NCBI RefSeq assembly: GCF_006345805.1
Contig: NW_021831731.1
Span: forward strand, 299,162-363,161
DNA length: 64,000 nt
From: Octopus sinensis
Lineage: Eukaryota
Direction of reading: 5' to 3'
The position numbers and the translations under genes are program-made. Positions within the stretch are counted from its first letter, which is position 1. Each line of letters starts with the position of its first letter. Shown piece by piece: positions 16,462-29,427 of this stretch. The notes beneath the pieces are model-generated. The model saw nothing but the letters and a program-made list of their open reading frames with translations, had not been told where the DNA came from and did not search any database.

Positions 16462-17149
16462 GTACATATATATATATATGTATACACATATGTATCTACA
16501 CATACATATATACATATATATACATATACATATACACACGCACACACATATATACATATGTGCTTGTTCGTGTATATGTGAATAGGTATTTATGCGTGTG
16601 TATTTGCTGGTGCCAAAGGAAGCTTATTGATATATATATAAATATATATATATATATTGCATTGCTATCGTAAAATACGTAACTGTAAACAACAATGAAC
16701 GTACCATTGAGAAAGTCATTAAGATTTGCAACGCAGGACTCATCGTAATATATAAATCTTCTCCTAAAGACGACAGTTTCTTAAAAAATTATTTCTAATA
16801 TATCATTGAATAAAGCAAAAGTGATTTATCTGTCTGGTTGGTTATATGAGAAGACTGTGCTTTCGAAGTGCTAACCATAAAGATATTGCTGCAGAGTGTA
16901 TGACTCAATGGCCACTTCTTAGACGTTAAGTGCTTTCAGATACTTTTGCCAATGTCTTTATTTTATTTTGTCCTTAATCGATTATTTAACTGTTGTCAAC
17001 TTTTGGTTTCAGATCTCGATTTTATAAGTAGCAGACCCATCTGTTTTTATTGAACATAAAATCAGTTTCTTTTTACATAAATATACTAGATCCTTTATAC
17101 TGAATGAACCTTACGGGTATCTAAGTGGATATTAGTGACGACTATATTA

Positions 17150-17590
17150 TTTGTTATTTATTTATTGCTGATACTTATTTCTGTGTTGCCACCAACGTAA
17201 TGCAACATCACCAGGCATTCATGCTTAACCACAACTATCTTACTTTCAGATATAATTATCCCCGCAGGTGTACACTGGTTACTTGCCATTAATGTTATAA
17301 AATTTAACCTTTCAATAACAATGACAAGAACAGTATTACTGGCATCGATGTAACTTTCAGCATCATCAATAAAAGTGACATCAATAGATTTTTGCCTTTC
17401 TTTAATTTTGCTCTGAATAAAAGGTGTGGTAATAGACTCACAAGACAATAACAATTCACTAGGAACACTTTTTCCAGTGCAGAACACAATTCAGTTTTAT
17501 GGTTTTTATAGTAACTGGAAGCTCTTGTCTCTTATTAGATACGACAGTCTTTCTTCCATGCAATAGTATTCACTCCTTAAAGCAGTTGGC
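17150..17590 (-). pseudogene. Possible RPA70-like OB-fold ORF downstream of the Helitron helicase
   Basis: By-eye similarity of KNHKTELC, IDVTFIDDAE and IVVVK..GG..SI to RPA1 OB-fold segments, and position on the same strand just 3' of RepHel. Weak. Confidence 0.35.
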
Positions 17591-17599
17591 GCATTTTTC

Positions 17600-18545
17600 A
17601 GAACCTCTCTAAAGTTTGGTGCATTAACTACTTTTGTTTCACTTATTTAGTTCTTAGTAACCGTGCTCACGTTATTTCACAAATTACGTAGACGTATACA
17701 TAAATTATTGCATGTGTAAGAAAGTACAGTTCACTAACAGAAAAAGAAGTCTGTAAAAACAGTCCAACTCGTTCAATAATCGTCCATTGTTGACGGCAAA
17801 AGGCATATTTTAAGATTTATATTGTTTGTCCATTTACAATGCTACCTCTAATACAAAAATATATATATTCAGTTTAAATACAAAGGATCTTTGAATGAAA
17901 TCGGTATCATGCAGATTGAAAGGTAGTTCGAGTACCACGTCCTCAGCATCAATTTCGTTAAGTTTACTAACGGTCAGCAAATAGTCAGTAACGTTGTAGA
18001 CCACGGGTCGAGTACCATTGCAGTGGGATATTCTGTCAAATAATGGAGTAATCACATTTCCAGGATGTTTATTCATAATTTCATCGTTTAGTTGATTAAC
18101 ATTGTCTAACAACGAACTGACAGGGTTAATCAACTAAAGAATCCATTGTCCATTTTCATAATCCTTTGCTAGCTGGGTATAAACAAATTGAACTAAATTT
18201 TCTTTGAAATTCGTTGTTTACGAAGGGTAGAATCGCCATGGCATCTCGGGAATGTTTGTCGGTATTAATAATATTTGGCTGTGCCCAGTATCAGCAACAA
18301 GATTGCATAGTGATATAACTGATTGAATGCAGCAAAATAAATACTGTTCAATTAATTGGGAGAGAGATTTGTCTGGAAATGCAGACTCTAAATTGGTGAC
18401 ATTTTCCTGCATGCATCAATTACTGAAAACTGTTGCACTCTATAGAAAGTATCGTTGAAAATTACTGCTGAGGACTAATAGTTTTTCTTCGAGAAGTTGC
18501 TCATTGTTCATTACATCTTGAAGTGTGCCATTCAAACCTTCTAGG
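17600..18545 (-). mobile_element. Helitron PIF1-like helicase region (pseudogene)
   Basis: EGLNGTLQDVMNNEQLLEEKLLVLSSNFQR (compare LDRTLRD..GGK..VLGGDFRQ), NVNQLNDEIMNKHPG, CNGTRPVV and ERVGLFL..SVSELY (compare KVGL..FSHGQLY). Confidence 0.8.
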
Positions 18546-18694
18546 AGATTATTTACATTATATACATTTGACGGATATTTGTTCTCATCTTGTTTGTTGT
18601 TAATACAACGTTTCAGCTGATATACCCACCAGCCTTCATCAGGTGTCTTGGGGAAATTTCGAACCTGGGTTCTCATTTATAAGGTATTTTTCGA

Positions 18695-18696
<2 letters not shown>

Positions 18697-18771
<75 letters not shown>

Positions 18772-20582
18772 TATTCAGTAGTTTTATTTTTATAGCGTGC
18801 TTTCACTTCACTACCGAGCGCAGCTCTGTGTGCCTTGGGTATGTGCTGTGATTTGTTGTGATGCTCTGATGGTTATTGTATGGAAAGTGTTCTGCGTAGG
18901 ATGTGTGCAGTGCCTAGTAGTGCAATTTTCTGTATGTTGTATGTGTTTGTAAGTCCTGGTGTTTTTGTTATGTATTTGTCTGAATATTTTTTATCATGCC
19001 TAATGCACCTACTATGATAGGAATTGTTCCTGTTTTCAGATTCCACATTCTAGTTACCTCTTTTTCCAGGTCTTTGTATTTTGAGAGTTTCTCCATTTCT
19101 TTTAGAGACACGTTGTCATCAGCCGGTATTGATACATCAATTAGAAAGCATTTTTTTCTTCATGATCTCTGACAACTATATCTGGTCTGTTGGCCTTAAT
19201 TTCTTATCTGTGTGTATCGGCATATCCCAGAGTATGGTTGCTTTCTCGTTTTCTGTGACCTTTTCTGGTGTGTGCCTATACCATCTTTTTTCTGTTGTTA
19301 TTCCATAATGTTGGCATAGCTTCCAATGTATGTAGGTTCCAACTCTGTCATGTCTGTGAATATATTCTTCTTAGCCAGGACTGGGCTGCTAGACATAATA
19401 TGATTTATTGTTTCTTGTCCATCTCCACATATTTTGCAGTTACTTGTAATATTTCTTTTCATTACATGTTTTTGGTAATTTCTGGTGGGGAGGCTTTGGT
19501 CTTGTGCTGCAATTAAAAATCCCTCTGTCTCTGCTTTGAGTCCTGAGCTTCTCAACCATTGCTGGGATTTTTCCTTGTCTAGTTCTTTTGCGTTTAGTTT
19601 AGTCCAGTATTTACCATGAAGGGGCTTTTCTTGCCATCGTTTTATCATGGTTACTTGCTGTTCTATTTTTAGTTTGGATTTCATTTGTTTCATAGCTTTT
19701 GTTGTTTCTTTATCTTCTTCTTCTTCTTCTTCTTCTTCTTCTTCTTCTTCTTCTTCTTCTTCTTCTTCTTCTTCTTCTTCTTCTTCTTCTTCTTCTTCTT
19801 CTTCATGTTTATTAGGTGGTATGATTTCTTGTTTGTATTTGTCAGCTTCCTTAAATACTGAGAACAGTTTTTTGTTTTGCTCGTGTTTTGCCGCTATCTG
19901 GATCAGTTTTCCATCCTTCTGAAGTAGATATTTTTCCAGTCCTATGGTGGTTATTTTATAGTAGTTTTCCAGCTGTATAAGGCCTCTACCACCTTCTATA
20001 CGTTGTATATATAGTCTTTCTATGTCATATTTTGGGTGATGCATCCTAGATCCTGTCATTATTCTTCTTGTTTTCCTATCTATTTTGGTCAGTTCATTTC
20101 GTGTCCAGTTAAGGATATTGTAGCTGTAACTTATAACTGGGACAGCTAAAGTGTTGATGCCTATTATCTTGTTTTTAGCATTGAGCTCTGTGTTTAGTAT
20201 TGATCTAACTCGTCTAGAATATTCTTTTTTTATTTTCTCTTTCATTTGTGTGTGTTGTGTCTTATCTAGTTCATGGATTCCTAAGTATTTGTAAGTTTGG
20301 CTTTGGTCTAATTCTTTTATTTCATTGGTTTTATCTAGTGTGATGTTGTTACTCTTAAGTAGTTTTCCTCTTTTCATGGTTACTTTGGCGCATTTTTCTA
20401 ATCCAAATTTCATATCTTTTTCTTTGGTAAATCCATGAACTGTCTTTAATAGTGTTTCCAGCTGTTTGTCATTTGCAGCGTATAGTTTTAGGTCATCCAT
20501 ATATAAAAGGTGGCTGATCGTTTTGCCGTAACATTTATATCCGTATCCAGTTCTATTTAGCATATCAGATAGAGCATATCAG

Positions 20583-20585
<3 letters not shown>
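18697..20585 (-). mobile_element. 5'-truncated Dong/R4-clade LINE (RT C-terminal half, CCHC, restriction-like endonuclease) flanked by (TAA)n
   Basis: HLLYMDDLKLYA, GLEKCAK, YKYLG, HPK..ERLY..R.EGGRGL, CKIC..ETINHI and RPDIVV..IDVS..EKLSKYKDL (frameshifted). (TAA)n tail at 18697-18775. Confidence 0.9.
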
Positions 20586-20621
<36 letters not shown>

Positions 20622-20769
20622 TAATAATAATAATTATTATTATTATTATTCAGGTCACTGATGTTTAACAGAGAAAATTTGTGGATTTTTCTTGCTATGC
20701 GTTGACGTTGTTTCCTATTATAAAAAAAAAACAACAAAAAACACACACACGAAAATCAGAAACCAAGTC

Positions 20770-22500
20770 AAAAATATAATGAGGTAAATCTCTTTTCTAG
20801 AACGACAGACTGGAAATTTTGTAGAGGCTGCTGCCACTTCAGTTTGAAAATTCATACAGTTATATTAGAATACTCTACGGTGGTTTGATCTATATTAAGT
20901 TCTCATATAATTTCTTCCGATTTGGGTTTGAAGGTAAATGTCACAAATAATGTTGAATTTCCAAATTTCCGCACGATAGCCATCGCATCAAAGTTGTTCT
21001 TTCCTATTTATGTCAAACGGCCTGTAAATGTGTTTTGGAAGTACATATCATCTTCAGTCTGATCAGCATCGCCCGTAATGATTGCAGCTGGCAGACAAGT
21101 TTCTAGGTCTGCTTGTAGGGCCTGTTGATTGATTCGAATATCTCTGAAGCGAGCTGACTGGACTTCGGCACATTGATCTACACAAAACTGTAGGTGTTCT
21201 TGATGCAATATATTACCCGATTCATCTTTCTTCATTATCCGAAAAGGCTAAAGTTGTCGACGTGTCGTTTTTCTATTGCTTCTATGATTTTGTCAAAGCC
21301 ATTCAGCAAAACCATCCGGTAAAACGAAACAAAACAAAAACAAAATGAAAAGTCATAGATATATCATGATGTCATAGGCTCAATGTGAGTCCCTAATTAT
21401 TTGAAATGCTGCTAATTGTTGCTAACCAGCATTCTGCCAGTTTAATGTTTCCTCGTTCTTAATAGACAGCAATACAGAAACCTTGTCACATGCAGGTAAG
21501 TTGTTCCCTCTGGAGTGTTTGCTATGAAGCCTTTTATTGTCAGCGTATATCAAATAAAAACATTTCTTGGTGTTGTGCCAGCATCAATTTGTTCTTAAAC
21601 AGACATGAATGATTGCAAATAAGTGTTGTGAGCTGAATCGATCGTAGAATGAAGCATATGGAAAATAACTGCATCATTATTTTTTCTTCCATTATCTGTA
21701 GCTATCCCTGTATACCCTGCTGTCGAAGTTGTTCTTCAGAATTGTATCGATAAGCTCGCAGACAGGATGGCGTATCAGTATCACATATTCTTGGTGATCC
21801 AAAGTATCTCTAAAATTCTTCACGAAATATATAAGTAGAAAGGTTTCGAGCAACTGTAGCTCCGTTTGCGTTCATGTTACTCATAACCGTAACATTATTG
21901 CACCTTCGTGTGTTTTTTTTCTGAAATGTTTTGCATCTGGTGACTCGAGTATGAATGACTGATGACGCTCGTCAGGTAAATCTGGCAAAGTAGATTTACA
22001 ACTATTATCAAAATCAGGATTGGTCAATCAGTGCATCCTCTTTTGAATATTAGTGCTTTATAATGGCAGCGATTCAGATCCATTAACCAACACCTTAAAT
22101 ATGATGGGTCCTATTGAAAGATTCTACTATTGAGTCTATGTTACTCTGTTTTGCAACATTAATATCCTTGCTTCTCTATTTTGAAAATTCTCTTTTGAGC
22201 TACAAAATGGCTATCTATCTTCATGCAAACGTCGACGGTCTGCTTGACGATGCTGCTCAGTATCTTGTTCTAAAATCGGTTTACGTTGATCTTAAGAAAG
22301 TTCCTCTCTTACCTGTCTATGATGCATCATATTTTGAGCCAAACTGCATCCACGATACCCCTGAGAAATCTTTCCTCTGTTTGTCTTCGTCGAGCTGCAT
22401 GTATTTATATTTTGTCTTCTCTTTCTGTTCTCGTTCCTATCTTCTTGCTTGTTGCTGTATTTTTGTGGCTTGTCTGTGAGACATTGTGCATTGCTCGTTC
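20770..22500 (-). mobile_element. Helitron RepHel N-terminal/Rep region (pseudogene)
   Basis: LQFCVDQCAEVQSARFRDIRINQQAL..FTG, DAMAIVRKFGNSTLFVTFTFKPKSEEI (Rep motif 1) and a KR(G)LPH remnant (motif 2) near 20785. Many stops. Confidence 0.85.
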
Positions 22501-23051
22501 ATATTCAGCCGTTGTATAAAACATATTCGATCAAATTGCAATTGAGAGAAATAAAAACAAAAAGTTATTAAATCTAATTATACATCTTGCTCTGCGTGTA
22601 CTGGTTACACATAACATGATACATTTTTTTATTTTTATTTCAGAAATTGTAAAATGTTGCTTAAAAAAATTATAATTTTTCTATAAACATTTAATTTAGC
22701 AAATGAATATTGATGATTTTCTTATTACGTTTGAAATATTTTTAACTATAATTAATAAAATTTTAATAATAAAGATTTCTTTTTGTGTGAAATACATGAC
22801 AAAAATGACTTTCCCTGTTATTGTATTGCACTGTTCTTATAAATATATACATTTTTAATCTGAAATACTCATTGTACTGTTTACAGTAGCGCTTTGTATA
22901 ATCAAGGTTTCGTTTTCATGAATAAGATGTGTCATTGTGTCGGATTTAAAGGAGATTTTACTGCTATTTCTAGCAGACCAAGTAACCATATTAAAACTCT
23001 CATACTTCTAAATATGTCCGTATATGTTAGTAATATTTGTCTGACAGGGCA

Positions 23052-23245
23052 GCGAGCTGGCAGAAACGTTAGCGCGCCGTTCTGAGTTCAAATTCCACCG
23101 AGGCCGACTTTGCCTTTCATCCTTTCGGGTTCGATAAATTAAGTACCAGTTACGCACTGGAGTCGATGTAATCTACTTAATCCGTTTGTCTGTACTTGTT
23201 TGTCCTCTCTGTGTTTAGCCCCTTGTGGGCAATAAAGAAATAAGT
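23052..23245 (+). mobile_element. tRNA-derived SINE (internally deleted copy)
   Basis: GCGAGCTGGCAGAAACGTTAG..GTTCTGAGTTCAAATTCC..CTTTGCCTTTCATCCTTTCGG; same family as 58409 and 61170. Confidence 0.85.
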
Positions 23246-23259
23246 ATTTCGTCGGTATT

Positions 23260-23563
23260 TCATTCCGAAAGGATGAAAGGCATAGTCGACCTCGGCGGAA
23301 TTTGAACTCAGAACGTAAAGACAGACGAAATACCTATTTCTGTACTACCCACAAGGGGCTACACACAGAGGGGACAAACAAGGACAGACAAACGGATTAA
23401 GTCGATTACATCAACCCCAATGCGTAACTGGTACATAATTTATCGACCCCGAAAGGATGAAAGGCAAAGTCGACCTCGGCGGAATTTGAACCCAGAACGT
23501 AGAGACAGACGAAATACCGCTAAGCATTTCGCCCCGGCGTTCAAACGTTTCTATCTGCTCGCC
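23260..23563 (-). mobile_element. Same SINE family, antisense: one partial and one full copy
   Basis: Reverse complement of the 23052 and 58409 copies. Confidence 0.85.
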
Positions 23564-26338
23564 ACCTTCTTTTGACAGAATTCCAGGCAGTATTTGTAAT
23601 GAGTAAAATTCCGGTTGTTAAATTATTGCCTTTCATCCAATCTGTCCTGTTGAGTTCAAATGCTTACGGGCAACTTGGTCGATAAACTTATTCCTTCGCC
23701 CGTTCTAACGCTTCTCTGAGTATCAGGAGGTGGAGTGATGAAAATGATAATAAAAATTAATTACATGAAAACCGTCATGATCTGCGCGTATGACGAGCGG
23801 AGGATAACACGGCTCTTATGATAGAGGACATAGAAAACCTATGATATATATACTGATGTACAGTCATGTACTTTGTGATAAAAAAACATAATCTAAACTT
23901 CTATTGTTGCTTAGTCCCACAGTATCTCCGATCTAGGAATCTTACAGCCAAAAGCGTTCCGGCTGCGGCAAATTTCTGGAGTATTTAGCTGCTACTTCCA
24001 TCAAGTGCTATATAGAGTCTCCTCCGTCAGTTCATTTACCTAGTGGGTTATTGTTAAAATAAAATGCTTATAAATAGTTGCTAACCGTCTGGACGCTTTT
24101 CACCGAAATTAGAAAGTGTACGTGACGCAATTGAAGATATTCTTAGTTTATGCATTATTAATATGGTTATTATTACTGTTAATATTCTGTCAAATGATTA
24201 AGAAAAAATGGTTTTAAAAATGTTATTACATAAATACTCACCTAACGGAATTATTAGTATAGTCGAATATGCCCATAATATTTGTTATTGGTTCATAAAT
24301 GTCTGTAAGAGTGTTGGTTATGGAAATATGATTTTGGAAGCTGATATTCTAAAACTATTAACTTTTAAGCCAATTCTTTTAACTGATAACATCAGCACCT
24401 TTTTCTATTAAACTTCATTTTATCATCATTGTAGACATGGTGTCTTGTACTACTGTCTTTTAAATTCTTTCTTTTATTCATTTTAATTATTTTTTAATGG
24501 TTTTCTTTCTTCTTTCTCACTGTCTTTCACTTGATGTCCTCTCTCTATCATTCTGTACTCACCCTACTTATTTTCTCATCAAATTTTTCTCACTCTCTTC
24601 TGTATTCGCACAAATCAACATGCGTGTGTGCACACACATGATAATTTAGTTTTCACTAAATAACTTTTTATTTTATTTTATTAATGATTCTACCAAAGTC
24701 TCTGGACAGAATTTGTAATGGCGATGTTTGTCATTAAAGTAACTGTCTGTTTATGTATATTTCTCTGAGAATGTATTGTTTGCTGTTTGTTGTCGACTTT
24801 TTCTGCAATGAAGATTCTAATAATTTCTATTGGGATATTTAGAAGTTGCCTCATAATACCGACCCTGAGAGAATATTTGTGTTAGGAGCTTTTGAATGAA
24901 GTTATTTATACCGCATCACATATTGAATAAAACTATTTATGGTTTTGTGACAAATGGAATAAAAACCATTTATTCTTGGAAGCTCTCTCTACTTCTCTAT
25001 TTCCTTGCTTGTCTCTCTATCTGTGTGACTCTCTGTTCAACTGTTTGTCGCTCACTACATTGAAATCTTTTTTTTTTATGAAGTATTTTACAAATACACA
25101 ATGGACTATCCCAAAGGAGAAAAATCCGAAGATAAGATGCAATAATATGTTATTTAAAGCGTATTAGAAGGAAGGGTAAAATCTACAGACAAACAGGCAT
25201 GTTAGATTCATTCTTATTTCAATTATTCAGCTATTCAGAGTGATGGGTCGTGTGTGATTGCCCAAAGTAAATAAATAAATAAAAGACTATACATTTGGGA
25301 ATATGCACACATATATGCTCACACACATTTATAGATACATATATAATTAAAAATATATAAAAAATACATTAAAGAGCACGCATATTCATTCTTTTAATGA
25401 TATTTTACTATATAATTACGCACGCACGTATAGATAAGTAAACATATACTTAATGATAAACAGACATTTATATAATATCTTATAAAAATTTATACATGCT
25501 ATTTTCTCTATCAAGAACATATAAACACACACTGACTTGCTTCTATAAGCACAATACCCCATGGATGATTTTTGTTAGGGAGGAGAAATAAAATGCTGAA
25601 GAATATTATTGGCATAAATATAAATAACTGGAAAATAATCGAGAAAAAACATTGACACGTTTCATGAAAAAATCACTGACGCTGTGCTGTGTCTAGACGC
25701 ACCTAATTATTTTTATATATGTTGTGTTTTAATACAACCATGACTAATCCAGAAAATTCTAGTATACGGGTGTCAGTTTATTTTTACTGTGTGAATGAAA
25801 CAGAAAATAGTGTCCAAAATGGCAACGTTTCGAGCACTCAACATTTATACCCATGAGCAGATTTGTTTTAATCTTCCTGTCTTAAATAGGTATCAACTGT
25901 CTCTCCTACCTAGCCTTGCCTGAGTACAATTCTCTAATGCTACAAATATATAAGTTAATGATCAACTGACACAAAATGGCATACCTCAATGTATCACTGC
26001 GATAAAGCGTGTATGAACGTGTTCTGTTCGTCGATTGCTCAGCTTATGGAGAACGGGATTTATATTTTGAATCAAAATAGTCTTTGATGAATGCCTCTAA
26101 CATTAATGAGAGTCTTAATATAGTTTTCGGTGATTTATTCTTGAATTTGGAGGAATATTTTCGAAAAAACCCCGAAAAATTCAATAGTGCTGCACTTCGA
26201 AGTATTTAACGTCAGACATCGATAAGTCTCTTCACTGCCTGTTTGAATTGAAGCAAGAATGTTGAAAGTCGACCAGTCCTGAGAAAAGATGTTGAAGTTT
26301 AAATATATACATATGTATATATATATAAATATAAATAA

Positions 26339-26399
<61 letters not shown>

Positions 26400-26619
26400 G
26401 GAAATAATGGAGCTGAACGAAGATTTAACAAAGTTCCTTTATTTTATTTTCGACATATGTTTCGAAGTCTGCAAAATCCCTAATTCCGAATGAATAAGGA
26501 GTCCATAATGCAGCTTTCTCTTCAGGAAAATCCAGGAACTTAATTCTCCAACAAAATGTACAACAAGTTTTTCGATGACTGCTCACGAGGAGCCCATAGA
26601 GATAATGAAAAATAATGTC

Positions 26620-26650
26620 TATTTATAGGGGGTGACGCCAGATTGGTTGA
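26620..26650 (-). promoter_or_regulatory. Candidate Pol II core promoter: CCAAT, CRE-like, TATA
   Basis: Minus strand reads CAACCAATC TGGCGTCA CCCC CTATAAATAG in unique sequence. No downstream CDS identified. Confidence 0.35.
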
Positions 26651-28592
26651 AAGTAGGAGAAAATGTCAGTTAAAATAGTTCAAGGGTTCAATCAAGGTTG
26701 GAGAAGGAAGGTAAAGGAAAATTAAAGTGAGGGAATGTATTCCGTATGACTGGTGTTTATATTTGATTTATTTTATGAATGAGTGCTCGTATGTATGAGT
26801 GTGTAAAATTGCCTTAATGTGTGTGTGTGTGTGTCTGTGAATGCGTGAATGTGTGTGTAGAAGGCAGAGAGAAAGAATTAACGGTCAGGAGGTGAAAAGA
26901 CTGTGTCTGTGTGTTCGAATGTGTCAACTTAAGAGGGAGAGGGCTGTAAGAGCCCACAATAGTTTGTGGAAGGGGCCTTGTCGATTACAACGACCCGGTG
27001 TTTTACTGGTACTTAATTTATCGACAGCGATAGGATGAAAGGCAAGGTTTATAACGGTGGAATTTGAAATGACAAAACGCTGCGAAGAATTTTGCCAGCT
27101 TGTCGAATAATAAGGCAGTCTGACCCACCCGGAGGCAGTGTCTGATTCAAAGTAGTAGTGACATTCAAAAAGATTATTTCAGAAATTAAAAAAAAATCCA
27201 TCCAAAATAAACAAGACTACAAGGTAATCAATTTCATGTTGCAAGAAAGAAATATGAGAGTTCAACGTTCTTTCAAGGGAGATAACAGCAAAATATCTGG
27301 TTTTTTTTGTGTATATTTGTTTTATTGAGAACGTATTTACGTGTGTGTGCGCGTGCATGTGTATGTCTGCATGTGTGTGTTTGTAGGTATGTACGTAAAT
27401 ATGTCTCAAATTACGTGTGCTTACTTGTGTTAGGTTCGTGTGTGTGCGTGTGTGTGTGTGTATGTGTGTGTGTGTGTGTGTTTATGTGTTGGTAAATATC
27501 TACTACTGTGTAGTTGTAATGAATGGAACATAATGCCATGGGAGTGTGTGCGAATTTAATGGGTGGATGGACAGTAGGGAAGATAAGTTATTTGTACGTG
27601 TACGTTTATTCGTGGTAAGAAACAAAGATAAGAAATGCATAGGGAAACACTTATTAGTCTTTGAGAAGGCAGTGTTAACAAAGGAAAGCGAGGCAGTTTG
27701 TTCATTCAGATTGAGTCCACGTTATTCGTAGCACCAACTGAAAGCGGTCTAAAATGACACTAAAGATAGAGAAATTTAAGCAATTTTGTCCTTTAGAACT
27801 GAAATGGTAAGCTACAGGTCGAAACTATTCGGTGCTGCATAGTCTGATGTTTTAAAAATGCTCTCAAAAGATGTCTGCCAATTTTCGACTGTTTTTCCAA
27901 CACACCACTTAACTTAACAGTTCTGCTATTGAGCTCAAATTGTTGCGTAAACGATGCAGACTGTACCTGGTAGGATTATCATTGGGATTGTATATAACGA
28001 TGTGAGCCCCGTTATAGTTTTTATGGCTTTGTTCATATTATTAATCATACCGTGAGCTCAGTTGATGTTTATAGTATTTTCACCTTCATGGCCAACATCT
28101 TTGATATTTAAACTTCAAGAGCCTTGTACTTTCACAATTTCCAATGGCTTTCGACAAAGTTTGGTAAGAAGAAATCCAGATGTGTATCAGAGTATGTACA
28201 TTAATTACATCCTGACAGTTTACTTGGCTCATTTTGTCACTCTGTACTGGTACGTCTCATTGGAGTTTGTAGAAGATGATCAGAGTGAAAGGCGATCCTA
28301 GTTGTTGTGTACCCCGATTCTCTCGAGGTTGTGGTTTGAATGCTTATTTTACTAAACATTGAACCTGATTAAAATTATTGTTTAACGTTATATTTTTGCC
28401 CTTGACGTTCTGAGTTCAAAGCTAACTACAGAGATGATCTAATGGACTCCGTTCTCCACTCCATAATTTGCTACCTCGTGTTTATTTTGTAAATCATTAT
28501 TATTTCTGTATTGTCACATTCATAATGGAGCAACCTGTCAACCTTGTTTTACGAAAAAGCCTTAAGAAAGATGTGTACTTGTGACAGAGACG

Positions 28593-28632
<40 letters not shown>

Positions 28633-28847
28633 TAGAGAGAGAGAGAGAAAGAGAGAGAGAGAGGGAGAGAGAGCGGGAGAGAGAGGGAGGGAAAGAGAGA
28701 GAGAAAGAGATGAGAAGATAGAGAAGGAGAGACAGACTGATGAGTGAGAGATGCAGATAACTAAAAAAATTGTGAATCAGAAGAGTAGAGAGAGAGAGAG
28801 AGAGTACAAGTGAGTGAGTGAAAGAGACAGAGAGTACAAGTGAGTGA

Positions 28848-28895
<48 letters not shown>

Positions 28896-29235
28896 TGGAA
28901 AGAAAAAGACAGTGACAGTGGCAGTGAGTGAAAAAGAGAGAGAAGGAGATAGAGAGAGTGAAAGAGAGGAGATCTGAGCAATGTCGTCATCATAATAATC
29001 CCCTTTAAGAATTAAAGTGGATACCACACAAGGCTAAAAATAAATTTCTATTGCAGAAACGGCTTTAAAAGGTTTAAGAAGGTGATGGGACATGACCTCC
29101 CTATTGTTGATAAAAAGTTACCAGTGCACCTTTCAATACTTAATTAACAGTTATACACGAATTATTTACTGACAAGACAGTTGATTGATATACCAGGTAA
29201 TAAAGGTTTTACGAAATTGGTGCACGCTAAAGAGC

Positions 29236-29372
29236 TATAACCACCAGCATTGATTTTGGGTAGAGAATGTATAGTGAAAGATGCCCAACAAAATAATAAT
29301 TATCGCTGTACAGTCATATCCAAGTAATCTGGTTACTATATACATATATACATACAAACATACATACATACA

Positions 29373-29427
<55 letters not shown>

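Noticed and set aside
19298-20563. First read as an RTE-clade LINE
   Set aside because: The YMDD RT, C-terminal CCHC, PD-(D/E)xK endonuclease and TAA flanks indicate Dong/R4.
17158-21235. Protein-like ORFs first considered as exons of a host gene
   Set aside because: Adjacent frames show Helitron Rep and PIF1 motifs with stops and frameshifts, and no splice structure.
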